DNA from: Planctomycetales bacterium
Lineage (GTDB): Bacteria; 4484-113; JAFGCY01
Direction: 5' to 3'
Length of the DNA stretch: 32,000 nt
NCBI GenBank assembly: GCA_022646745.1
Contig: CP060262.1
Coordinates: 360,001-392,000 of the forward strand
Shown: one piece after another, positions 7,710-15,895 of the stretch
How the letters are laid out: each line of letters starts with the position of its first letter
Position numbering within the stretch: position 1 is the first letter of the stretch
Notes under the pieces: model-generated
Database searches by the model: none
The model's input: only the letters and a program-made list of their open reading frames with translations
Told to the model about the DNA's origin: nothing
Position numbers and translations under genes: made by a program

Positions 7710-7733
7710 AGACTTCCGTCTGAGCTCTGCGCG

Positions 7734-8483
7734 CTATACCGAACGCAGCAGGTCGCGCACATGGGCCAGGATCGTCACCCGCGTGCGCTGCTTATCATTG
7801 GCATTCACCAGCAGCCAGGGTGCATGGTCGGCATCGGTTCGCCTGAACATCCGGTCGGCGAACTTCTGGTAGCGCTCAAAGTTCTCCCGGTTGCGCCAGT
7901 CGTCATCGCTGATCTTCCAGCGCTTGAGCGGGTTGTCCTCACGGTCGCGGAAGCGCTGCAGCTGCACCTCCTTGTCGATCTGCAGCCAGAACTTGGCAAT
8001 CGGCGTTCCGTTGTCAGCGAGGAAGCGCTCGAACTGGCGGATCTCGCGCGCCGCGCGGCGGTACTCGTCGCGGTTGCAGAACTCCTCGATCGGCTCGACA
8101 AGCATCCGCTCATACCAGGAACGGTCGAAGATCGCGATCCGCCCGCGGCTGGGCAGGCGCAGCCAGAAGCGCCTGAGCCAGCTGTGCCCACGCTCCTGCT
8201 CATTCGGCGGCCCGATCGCATGCACATCCACATGCCGCGGGTCCATGTAACCCGTCAGGCGCTTGATCGCCCCGCCCTTGCCGGCGGCATCCATCCCCTG
8301 GAACACCAGCACCACCCGGCTGCCACGGCGGATCAGCTGCTGCTGCAGGGCCACCAGCTCATGCTGCAGCTCTGACAGGCAGCTGTCGTACTCCCCGTGC
8401 TTCATCGGCTCCACAGGTGCCAGCTTACTAAGCTTCAGTGTCCGCTCCGCCGGCGGCCAGGCCTTTCCAATATTCTTTCTCAT
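7734..8483 (-). CDS. ppk2: Polyphosphate kinase 2 family protein (single-domain PPK2)
   Basis: 249-aa ORF with the PPK2 Walker A-like motif FQGMDAAGKGGAIKRL and the lid-region motif IAIFDRSWYERMLVE. Size is typical for one-domain PPK2. Confidence 0.9.
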   Translation of the reverse strand: MRKNIGKAWPPAERTLKLSKLAPVEPMKHGEYDSCLSELQHELVALQQQLIRRGSRVVLVFQGMDAAGKGGAIKRLTGYMDPRHVDVHAIGPPNEQERGHSWLRRFWLRLPSRGRIAIFDRSWYERMLVEPIEEFCNRDEYRRAAREIRQFERFLADNGTPIAKFWLQIDKEVQLQRFRDREDNPLKRWKISDDDWRNRENFERYQKFADRMFRRTDADHAPWLLVNANDKQRTRVTILAHVRDLLRSV

Positions 8484-8584
8484 TTACAAAGTCTATCGAG
8501 ATTCCCTTTGCCCGCAGCAAAGTCCCGGCCAAGTCCGGATATGCAATCGGTGAAGCGGCATGCCTGATGAGCCCCACTCCCCAC

Positions 8585-8590
8585 TACAAT
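8585..8590 (+). promoter_or_regulatory. -10-like TACAAT 6 nt before ATG 8597 (possible leaderless MFS transcript)
   Basis: TACAAT at 8585-8590, then TAGCCG, then ATG 8597. There is no room for a Shine-Dalgarno and no convincing -35. Confidence 0.3.
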
Positions 8591-8596
8591 TAGCCG

Positions 8597-9850
8597 ATGC
8601 CAGTGACCGGGCCGGACCTGCGGCGCAACCCGCAGCTCTACCAGCTTTACAGCGTGCTGTTCAGCCTGATGTGCTGGCTGCCGGTGTTCGCGATCTACAT
8701 CGCGGGCCGGGTCGGGCTGGAGGGCCTGCTGCTGCTGGAGTCCCTCTACTACATCAGCGTCGTCATCATGGAGGTGCCCTCCGGCTACCTTTCCGACCGG
8801 CTCGGCCGCCGTCCCGTGCTGCTGATCTCCACCGCCGGCTTCAGCCTGGCGGCCCTGTTGTTCATGCTTGGCGATTCCATCGCGGCATTTGCCATCGCCC
8901 AGGTGCTGACCGCGATCGGCTACTCCTTCAACAGTGGCAGCGATGTCTCTATCCACTACGATAGCCTGCAGCAGCTCGGCGAGCAGGAACGCTTCGGCGC
9001 ACTGGAGGCGGTCGCCGAGCGCAACCGCTTCATGGCCGGCGGGCTGGCCAGCCTGGCCGGCGGACTCGTCGGTGTGCTGGACCTGCGCCTGGCCTACCTG
9101 CTGACGGCGCTGGCCAATATTGCCAACCTGTTCGTCGTGCTGCGCATGCGTGAACCGGCGCAGTCAAAGGAACGTGAATCATTCCGCCAGTCGCTGCAGT
9201 ACTGCATCGGCCGGCTGCGCATCCCCTCAATGGCCTGGCTGGCGGGCTTCTTCGTGCTGATGACCGTGCTCAACCACATCCCCTACGAGTTCTACCAGCC
9301 CTGGCTGCACCTGCTGGCGGTCGACGGCCTGTACCCCGAGCGCTTCACCCCGCTGGCCAGCGGCCTGCTGATGGGCAGTGCGATGCTGGTCGGCTCATGG
9401 TTCGCCGCCAATTCGATCCGCCTGCGTGACCGCACCGGGATCGCCGCGGCGCTTTTGATCGCCTGTGCGATGCAGTGCCTGGTGATCGGCGTGATGGGGC
9501 TGTGGCTGCATGTTGCCATCATCGGCGTGATCCTGCTCAGGAGCGTGCCGCGCGGGATCATGATGCCGGCCTTCAATGCGGCGGTGGCCCCGCAGCTGGA
9601 CCAGCAGCACCGTGCCACCTACCTCTCGGTGATGTCGCTCGGCGGGCGGCTGGCCTTCTCACTCACGCTGTTCGGCCTGTCATTCGCGGTTGGCGAGGCG
9701 CAGGACTGGCCTTCACTGTCACGCCTGCTGCTGATCGGCGCGGCGATCGGCGTCAGCGGGCTTGTGGTGTTATTGGCAACGGCGAGTAGAGCGAGGTTGC
9801 AGGATCCCGGAGCCACGTTGCGCAGGCGCAGCCGGAGCTGCGTGGACTAG
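8597..9850 (+). CDS. MFS transporter
   Basis: 417-aa ORF with about 12 hydrophobic segments and the MFS motif A-like SGYLSDRLGRRPVLLIS between TM2 and TM3. Confidence 0.85.
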   Translation: MPVTGPDLRRNPQLYQLYSVLFSLMCWLPVFAIYIAGRVGLEGLLLLESLYYISVVIMEVPSGYLSDRLGRRPVLLISTAGFSLAALLFMLGDSIAAFAIAQVLTAIGYSFNSGSDVSIHYDSLQQLGEQERFGALEAVAERNRFMAGGLASLAGGLVGVLDLRLAYLLTALANIANLFVVLRMREPAQSKERESFRQSLQYCIGRLRIPSMAWLAGFFVLMTVLNHIPYEFYQPWLHLLAVDGLYPERFTPLASGLLMGSAMLVGSWFAANSIRLRDRTGIAAALLIACAMQCLVIGVMGLWLHVAIIGVILLRSVPRGIMMPAFNAAVAPQLDQQHRATYLSVMSLGGRLAFSLTLFGLSFAVGEAQDWPSLSRLLLIGAAIGVSGLVVLLATASRARLQDPGATLRRRSRSCVD

Positions 9851-9936
9851 GTTTCAAATCACTTTCACTCAAGCACACAAAGCTCGCGTGTTGCCATTGG
9901 CACAGAGCCCAGCGAAGCTTCGCTTCGCGGCTCCCC

Positions 9937-10752
9937 CTACTCCCACTCCGGGTATTCGATCAGCACATCGCGCAGCTTCCTGTACTCCACGCCGTTGCGC
10001 GGCCAGTTGACAAGCGCTGCCCAGCGCGTGTCCTGCGGCGGGGCCAGCAGGTTGTCACCCTTCGCGCTGTCAAAGGCCGGGTTGATCCAGCAGTGCCACC
10101 AGGGGAAGTCCGCCGTCTCCTCCGGCCCCAGCTCGCCGGCCGCCACGCTGTCCCGCAGGGCCAGGAGCCCGCGCGAGGCATCCGTCGTGCCGCCCTCGCT
10201 GCAGTGCGCGCTCGTAGCCCGGCGGTACAGCAGCCAGGCCAGCGGGTAGTTGCCCTTCTGCCCGTTCGTGGCCTGCACCACCCAGCTGAGCACCGCCTCC
10301 GCCTGGTCCAGCGCGCCATGTTCCAGAAGCGCAATCCCCTCATGCAGGCGGTGCAGCCAGTGCTCCGGCTCCAGCAGTGCGGCACGCGAAAATGCCAGCG
10401 CGGCCTCCTCATACTGCCGGTTGGCAGCGAAGGCGCTGCCAAGCTTGAACCAGGCCACGGCGAACTCGATCGCGCCGGAGGCGATGCACTGCTGGTAGCA
10501 CTGCACGGCGTCGAGGATGCGCCGCTGGTCGAAGAAGGCATCTCCGCGCAGCATGTAGACCACGTCGTCACTGCTCCGGGTGCCAAGCGCGATCAGCTCA
10601 TCGGTCAGCCCGATCAGCCCGGCGCTGTCACCCTGCTCCATCAGTGCGCGGGCCTTCTCAAACAGCGCCTGCACCGCAGGGGACTCATCGGCGAAGGGCT
10701 GCTCATCACCCAGCGGCTGCGCGTTGCCAGTTTCAGGATCGTTGGTGTGCAC
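9937..10752 (-). CDS. TPR-like repeat protein
   Basis: 271-aa ORF with a GTG start as listed, so the start is uncertain. The helical repeat pattern has A/L/Y/W spacing typical of TPR, e.g. AWFKLGSAFAANRQYEEAALAFSRAALLEPEH. Overlapping ORFs are A/R/G-rich shadow frames. Confidence 0.6.
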   Translation of the reverse strand: MHTNDPETGNAQPLGDEQPFADESPAVQALFEKARALMEQGDSAGLIGLTDELIALGTRSSDDVVYMLRGDAFFDQRRILDAVQCYQQCIASGAIEFAVAWFKLGSAFAANRQYEEAALAFSRAALLEPEHWLHRLHEGIALLEHGALDQAEAVLSWVVQATNGQKGNYPLAWLLYRRATSAHCSEGGTTDASRGLLALRDSVAAGELGPEETADFPWWHCWINPAFDSAKGDNLLAPPQDTRWAALVNWPRNGVEYRKLRDVLIEYPEWE

Positions 10753-10773
10753 GGGGAAAGTATAGGGGAAGTG

Positions 10774-10952
10774 CTCAGTGGTCGGAAGTCAGTGGGCAGA
10801 AGCAGAATGAGAATGAGAATCAGAAGAAGAATCAGAATGAGGGGCAGGTTGGGAACCTTATGACTGACAACTAAGTTCTGCTGCTTCTGCTTCTGCTTCT
10901 GCTTCTGCTTCTGATTCTCTCCCTGACCACTGACCACTGGCTACTGACCACT
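10774..10952. repeat. Nested word palindrome A-B-centre-B'-A', same architecture as 2689-2844, including (CTGCTT)5
   Basis: A is 10774-10799, CAGTGGTCGGAAGTCAGTGGGCAG. B is 10800-10842, GAGAAT/CAGAAG/CAGAAT hexamer words. The centre is 10843-10875. B' is 10876-10922, with exact (CTGCTT)5 at 10881-10910. A' is 10923-10952, CTGACCACTGACCACTGGCTACTGACCACT. Confidence 0.85.
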
Positions 10953-10982
10953 AAAAAAAAAACGCCCCACCGAAGCGGGGCG
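10953..10982 (-). terminator. Intrinsic terminator of the rpsF-rpsR-rplI operon
   Basis: The minus strand reads CGCCCC-GC(TTCG)GT-GGGGCG followed by T10 (A10 at 10953-10962 on the plus strand). It has a 6-bp GC stem and a C(UUCG)G-type loop, about 70 nt downstream of the rplI stop. Confidence 0.8.
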
Positions 10983-11052
10983 TCCTTTGCGTTCAATTGT
11001 GTACCGGGCCGTTGATCAGAAGGCTGATCCCCGGTCCCTGGTCCCTGAGGAC

Positions 11053-11754
11053 TTATTCGTCCTCGGTCTCGTGGGCCTCGTACTTGTCCTGCGAGTCCTC
11101 GGCCTGGGCGGCGCCGTCGGCCTCAGCGCTGGCGGCGGGAGCTTCGTCCTCGTCCTCATGCGCCTCGCTGCCTTCGACGTACTCGCCATCGCCGTAGTCG
11201 GTCTCACGCTTGCGGGCCTTGCGGCGCTCATCGCGCTCGGCCTGGTCACGGGCCTCCTGCTCATCGCGGATCTTGTCCAGCAGCTCCTGCTCGAAGTCAC
11301 TGGACTTGCGCAGGGGCTCGATCACGACCTTGATCTTGCCGGTCACGTCAGCGCCGGCACGCAGCTCGACCTCGAATTCACCGAGCTGCTTGATCGGCTC
11401 ATCCAGGTGGATGTGGCGACGCTCGACATCCACGTCATGCTGGATCTTGATCTCATCCGCGATCATCGCGCTGGTCACGGCACCGAACAGACGGTTCTCC
11501 GTGCCGCTCTTCATCGCGATCACGATCTGCTTCTCGGCGAGGAAGTCGAACTTGTCGTTGGCTTCCTTCATGCGGCGGGCCCGCTTGGTCTCAGCGGCGC
11601 GCTTGATCAGCTTGATGCGGTTGACCGCGTCCTTGGTGGCCAGCTCCGCGTAGCGCTTCGGGATCAGCCAGTTGCGCGCGTAGCCGTTCTTCACTTCAAC
11701 TATGTCTCCGGCGACGCCGACATTGACGACATCGTCCAACAGAACAACCTTCAT
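11053..11754 (-). CDS. rplI: 50S ribosomal protein L9 with an 86-aa acidic/charged C-terminal extension
   Basis: The N-terminus MKVVLLDDVVNVGVAGDIVEVKNGYARNWLIPKRYA matches the conserved L9 N-domain. The canonical fold ends near residue 147 (KIKVVIEP). Residues 148-233 are E/D/R/K/A-rich low complexity. Confidence 0.9.
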   Translation of the reverse strand: MKVVLLDDVVNVGVAGDIVEVKNGYARNWLIPKRYAELATKDAVNRIKLIKRAAETKRARRMKEANDKFDFLAEKQIVIAMKSGTENRLFGAVTSAMIADEIKIQHDVDVERRHIHLDEPIKQLGEFEVELRAGADVTGKIKVVIEPLRKSSDFEQELLDKIRDEQEARDQAERDERRKARKRETDYGDGEYVEGSEAHEDEDEAPAASAEADGAAQAEDSQDKYEAHETEDE

Positions 11755-11766
11755 GCCGGTGCCTCC

Positions 11767-12000
11767 TTATCGCCTGTAGTACGGCAGGAGCGCCATGTAG
11801 CGTGCGTGCTTGATCGCACGCGCCAGCGGACGCTGGTACTTGGCGCTGGTGCCGGTGCGGCGGCGGGGCAGGATCTTGCCACGCTCGCTGATGAACTTCC
11901 TGAGCAGTGCAACCGCCTTGTAATCGATTGGCAGCTCGGGATCGACGGTGAAAGCGCAGACCTTGCGCTGTCTGAACCTATGAGGTTTGAACTTTGCCAA
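11767..12000 (-). CDS. rpsR: 30S ribosomal protein S18
   Basis: 77 aa with [10 protein letters not shown] and [32 protein letters not shown], close to the conserved S18 core. TTG start at 11998-12000, overlapping the rpsF 3' end by 23 nt. Confidence 0.9.
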   Translation of the reverse strand: MAKFKPHRFRQRKVCAFTVDPELPIDYKAVALLRKFISERGKILPRRRTGTSAKYQRPLARAIKHARYMALLPYYRR

Positions 12001-12322
12001 GACGCTTCCTCCTCTTGCGCTCCTTCTCCGTATAGTCCAGCACCAGGTAGCGCAGGAGATTGTCGTCGTAACGGAGGTGGTACTGCAGGTCCTGCAGCAG
12101 TTCGGTCGTGCTGAACCAGCGGTAGATCACGTAGAAGCCTTCCCGGTATTCCTTGATCGGATATGCCAGGAAACGGCGATTCCAGCGATCCACGCGGCTC
12201 ATTTCGCCGCCTCGGTCCTCGATGAGCTTCTGGATGGCCGCGACTTCATTGTCGAGCACCTCCGCATCAAGGTCCGGGCGGAAAAGCGCGCACAGTTCGT
12301 AGTCTTTGATGACTTCCGCCAT
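11978..12322 (-). CDS. rpsF: 30S ribosomal protein S6
   Basis: 114 aa with [11 protein letters not shown]...[11 protein letters not shown]...GFYVIYRWF, the S6 signature pattern. The SD-like AAGGGG lies upstream of ATG 12320-12322. Confidence 0.9.
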   Translation of the reverse strand: MAEVIKDYELCALFRPDLDAEVLDNEVAAIQKLIEDRGGEMSRVDRWNRRFLAYPIKEYREGFYVIYRWFSTTELLQDLQYHLRYDDNLLRYLVLDYTEKERKRRKRLGKVQTS

Positions 12323-12413
12323 GGTTACCCCTTATGAGATAAAGAGTGTTGTACCCCGGGGATCAGGTGCCACGGGGGACGGATGATAAGCGCCCTGTTA
12401 CAGGCGGACGGGA
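12323..12413 (-). promoter_or_regulatory. rpsF 5' leader (~90 nt) with hairpins; candidate S6:S18 autoregulatory leader
   Basis: This is the region between the predicted -10 and ATG 12322. It contains the hairpin CGCCTG-TAA-CAGGGCG (reverse complement of 12391-12406) and the palindrome CCCCGGGG. The function is inferred only from position and the known existence of rpsF leaders. Confidence 0.3.
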
Positions 12414-12443
12414 ATTATAACACAGGTTGCAGGGAGCTGGGAA
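12414..12443 (-). promoter_or_regulatory. Candidate sigma70-type promoter of the rpsF operon with extended -10
   Basis: The minus strand reads TTCCCA (reverse complement of 12438-12443), an 18-nt spacer ending in TGT, then TATAAT (reverse complement of 12414-12419). This gives a perfect -10 with an upstream TGn. Confidence 0.4.
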
Positions 12444-12481
12444 CAGGGATCAGTAGCGGCGACACTCCTGTCGCCGGTAAA

Positions 12482-12986
12482 GGTTGGAGTTTGGAGTGGG
12501 GAGTTTGGAGGAGCCGGAGGTGCGCAACTTGTTTGCGCACAATGCAGCGCTGGGACAGTCTGGATAGTTCGAATAGTAGGAATAGTGGAAGAAGTTGTTA
12601 GTAGCTTAGTTCTTAGTAGCGGTGCCCTCGCCGCTAGGGAGGCCCGATGTCAGTCGGGCAAAAGGCAGAAGGCAAAGGGCAGAAGGCAGGGTTCGGAGGT
12701 GCGCAATCACGCCGTGGGCGTGACGCACAATACAGCGCTGGACGGGAGCCGTAGGGCAAGGCCACCCTGCCTTGCTCAGGAGGTCATTATCCACGCACTG
12801 CATCCGGCGGCTGTGAGCTGCCGCTACGGTCAAACACCTTAACTATCAATACTATTCCAACTATTCAAACTGTTCTGTACGGCTGGCACCAGCCAGCCTG
12901 GGCAATGCCCGGTGTGTGGCTCTTAGAGCCACAAGGCCCTGTAGCTCTAAGAGCTACACTCCCTCAAACCTGAACCCTCCTTCCCT
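12482..12986. repeat. ~500-nt non-coding mosaic with nested inverted word arrays and several hairpin modules
   Basis: Outer arms are the GGAGTTTGGAG words (12482-12511) against CACTCCCTCAAACCTGAACCCTCC (12957-12986). Inner arms are the GAATAGT/TTAGTAGC words (12562-12620) against AACTATCAATACTATTCCAACTATTCAAAC (12837-12877). Inside are two copies of CGGAGGTGCGCAA-hairpin-GCACAAT.CAGCGCTGG (12515-12555, 12694-12743), a GGCAAAAGGCAGAAGG array (12657-12691), and the hairpins GTGGCTC-TTA-GAGCCAC (12916-12932) and GTAGCTC-TAA-GAGCTAC (12941-12957). Confidence 0.8.
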
Positions 12987-13154
12987 TTGCGCAGTCCCTA
13001 TCCGCATGCAAGTCAGCATCAGGCCGCAGCGACGACTGCGTGCAGGCAAAGAACGCGCCTCCGCCCCCCGCAAGCGATACAATAACTGTCCGATGACGAG
13101 CAAGCCGCAGCAGGCCGCGCGAATCCAGCACTGGACTGGACTCAGGCGGGTGAG

Positions 13155-14117
<963 letters not shown>

Positions 14118-14118
14118 G

Positions 14119-15297
14119 ATGCGCATCCTGCTGCGAGCATGCATCCTGCTGACCTGCCTTGCTGCCACATGGCTGGCGGGCAGTGTGCAGGCGACCGCGG
14201 CACCGAGCAACCTCTACTTCATTGACGACTTCAGCGGCGAAAGCGGCACCTATTTCTACAGCGGCCAGCTGGACGAGCGCCGCTTCGGCTATGACAAGGG
14301 CCAGTACCGCATCGACACCAGCGGCAGCGAGGCCTACGGCCAGAGCGTGCTGCTGGAGGACCTCGAGGAGTACAGCGTGGAGGTCAGCGCGCAGCTCCTG
14401 GACTCCAGCGACAAGGACGGCGGCGGCTTCGGCATCAGCTTCAACTACAACGAGCGCCAGGGCGGCTCGGACTTCATGCTGTTCCTGATCTACAACCGCG
14501 GCGCCTTCGCCGTGCTGCGCTACAAGGATGACAAGACGAGCGTCGTCACCAGCCCGCAGCTGACCGACCTCGTCAAGCCCGGCAAGCCCGTGCAGCTCGG
14601 GGTTGACAACACCCGCGGCCAGCTGACCTTCTACATCAACGGCGTCGAGGTGCATTCGCTGAAGGAGACGCAGCTCACGCGCGGCGGCTTCGGGATGTTC
14701 GCCACCCGGCGCAGCCTGGTGCAGTATGACGACTTCAAGGTGTTCGCCGACCGCCCGACGCCAAAGATTTTCAAGGACGACTTCTCCACAGATGCCAGCT
14801 TCTACAAGGGCAGCTATGGCGAGGTGGAGTACTACTACCGCGACAAGCGCTACTACATCAACACGCTGGACACGCAGTACATCGGGCTCTCGCCCTTCCC
14901 GGAGAAGGCGATGAACTTCGACCTCAGCGTCGACGTGGAGCTGGTGCAGGGTGAGCCGCAGGGCGGCTACGGGATCTACATCCGCGACTGGGAGACGGGG
15001 GGAGGCGGCTTCAACCAGTTCCGCTTCCTGGTAGCCGACGGCTGGTACGCGATTGAGCAGAGCGTGGAGGACCGCCCGCTGGCGCTGTCACAGTGGACGC
15101 AGCATAGCGCGGTGCGCCTGACTGGGGTGAACCGCCTGCGGGTGGTGGCCCAGGATGGGAAGCTCAGCTTCTTCATCAACGGGGTGGAGGTCTACAAGCA
15201 CACCGACGACATGCCGCACATGGGCGACTTCGGCCTGTATGCGGCGGGGGGCGTCGAGGTGGCGTTTGACAACCTCGAATTTCTGCCGCTGCAATAG
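14119..15297 (+). CDS. Secreted protein with two tandem jelly-roll (concanavalin/LamG-like) domains, function unknown
   Basis: I prefer ATG 14119 (MRILLRACILLTCLAATWLAGSVQA, a signal peptide) over the listed GTG 14107, which would overlap the upstream gene. Internal duplication: both halves share DDFS...Y...G.Y.I, GG.GI, G.L.F.INGVEV and ..D.F.V. The fold assignment is by pattern only. Confidence 0.7.
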   Translation: MRILLRACILLTCLAATWLAGSVQATAAPSNLYFIDDFSGESGTYFYSGQLDERRFGYDKGQYRIDTSGSEAYGQSVLLEDLEEYSVEVSAQLLDSSDKDGGGFGISFNYNERQGGSDFMLFLIYNRGAFAVLRYKDDKTSVVTSPQLTDLVKPGKPVQLGVDNTRGQLTFYINGVEVHSLKETQLTRGGFGMFATRRSLVQYDDFKVFADRPTPKIFKDDFSTDASFYKGSYGEVEYYYRDKRYYINTLDTQYIGLSPFPEKAMNFDLSVDVELVQGEPQGGYGIYIRDWETGGGGFNQFRFLVADGWYAIEQSVEDRPLALSQWTQHSAVRLTGVNRLRVVAQDGKLSFFINGVEVYKHTDDMPHMGDFGLYAAGGVEVAFDNLEFLPLQ

Positions 15298-15412
15298 TGG
15301 TCAGTAGTCAGTGGTCGGTGGTCAGATTGCCCTGCCAACTGCTTGATCCCTTGATACTTTTTCAGTGTTAGAGAAAGCCAGCCTATATCAGTGGTCAGTA
15401 GTCAGTGGTCAG
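15297..15412. repeat. Two direct GTGGTCA/GTAGTCA heptamer arrays (15297-15325, 15389-15412) flanking a 63-nt spacer
   Basis: GTGGTCAGTAGTCAGTGGTCGGTGGTCAG begins inside stop codon TAG 15295-15297. CAGTGGTCAGTAGTCAGTGGTCAG is at 15389-15412. The inverted partner is at 15869-15895. Confidence 0.85.
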
Positions 15413-15428
15413 ATCAACCCGCTTTTCG

Positions 15429-15812
15429 CTAACCCTTCTGGTTACCAGGCATTGAAGCAGCAACCTTATTCCTGACTGAGTAAAGCAATCTGCAAGTCTC
15501 GTCCAACAACCTGTAGGCATCAGCAAGGTTTCTGCCGGAAACGTAGCCAAGCTTCTGGGAAACAAACAATAGCGTGTCCAGCTCCCTTGCGGATCCCAAA
15601 GCCATTGAAAGAAAGTGGGCGTAGTCCCTGGCTGTTGACCTCGCATTGCCCTCAGCGATGTTTGCCGGAATTGACACTGCAGCTCTTTGGATCTGTGAAC
15701 TAATTCCATAAATTTCCCGGCGAGGGAATCCTTCCGTCAGGCCATAAACCGACTCAACCAGCTCAACAGCCCTCTGCCATACGATCAAATTCCTGTGGGA
15801 TGCCTTTGTCAT
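15429..15812 (-). CDS. Four-helix-bundle protein (23S rRNA intervening-sequence protein / Avd-like family)
   Basis: 127 aa from ATG 15810-15812. The sequence NLIVWQRAVELVESVYGLTEGFPRREIYGISSQIQRAAVSIPANIAEGNARSTARDYAHFLSMALGSARELDTLL matches the conserved pattern of this family (W..A..L...vY..t..fP..E.y.l.sQirRAa.SI..NIAEG..r.s..d...fl.iA.GS..El.t.l). It is visibly lower in GC than the flanking genes. The upstream ATGs in the ORF track lie beyond the predicted promoter. Confidence 0.85.
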   Translation of the reverse strand: MTKASHRNLIVWQRAVELVESVYGLTEGFPRREIYGISSQIQRAAVSIPANIAEGNARSTARDYAHFLSMALGSARELDTLLFVSQKLGYVSGRNLADAYRLLDETCRLLYSVRNKVAASMPGNQKG

Positions 15813-15821
15813 AACAAATGA

Positions 15822-15850
15822 ATAGTACAATAAATATTGACTTCTGTCAA
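15822..15850 (-). promoter_or_regulatory. Sigma70-like promoter of the four-helix-bundle gene, giving a near-leaderless transcript
   Basis: The minus strand reads TTGACA (reverse complement of 15845-15850), 17 nt, then TACTAT (reverse complement of 15822-15827), then 9 nt to the ATG. The -35 is embedded in the palindrome ATTGAC-TTCT-GTCAAT. Confidence 0.5.
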
Positions 15851-15868
15851 TCATTTTTTTGTCTTTAT

Positions 15869-15895
15869 TGACCACCGACCACTGACCACTGACCA
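15869..15895. repeat. TGACCAC heptamer array, inverted partner of 15297-15412
   Basis: TGACCACCGACCACTGACCACTGACCA is the reverse complement of the GTGGTCA word family. Together with 15389-15412 it brackets the four-helix-bundle gene and its promoter. Confidence 0.85.

Noticed and set aside
9911-9924. 14-nt perfect palindrome AGCGAAGCTTCGCT between the convergent MFS and TPR genes, as a terminator or regulatory site
   Set aside because: It has a short stem with no loop-friendly centre and no flanking T-tract on either strand. It is probably just another small hairpin of the intergenic vocabulary (compare CGAAGCTTCTCG at 20731-20742). It is too weak to call as a feature.
10800-10922. Possibility that the short repeated words form a CRISPR array (also considered for 15297-15412 and 20406-21191)
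   Set aside because: The repeat units are 6-9 nt, contiguous or degenerate, and have no unique spacers of constant length. No cas genes are present.
10641-10937. 98-aa minus-strand ORF with a QKQKQKQKQ run
   Set aside because: It is a translation of the (CTGCTT)5 and GAGAAT/CAGAAT hexamer arrays. It overlaps the 5' end of the TPR gene and has no coding signal.
15297-15412. Idea that the word arrays are all-frame stop-codon pads, since GTAGTCA contains TAG and TGACCAC/TGACTAC contain TGA
   Set aside because: Only some word families carry stop codons. GCCTTTT, CTGCTT, GGTTTCG, CCCGCAT, GGAGCAG and CACAGAG do not. Arrays are even read through in the ORFs at 6630 and 13167. This is not a general explanation.
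15429-15812. Diversity-generating retroelement, because the four-helix-bundle protein belongs to the Avd fold family
   Set aside because: The window contains no reverse transcriptase ORF. I found no template/variable repeat pair with adenine-specific differences. The differences between the duplicated sequences at 6401/6549 and 21745/24548 are not A-biased.
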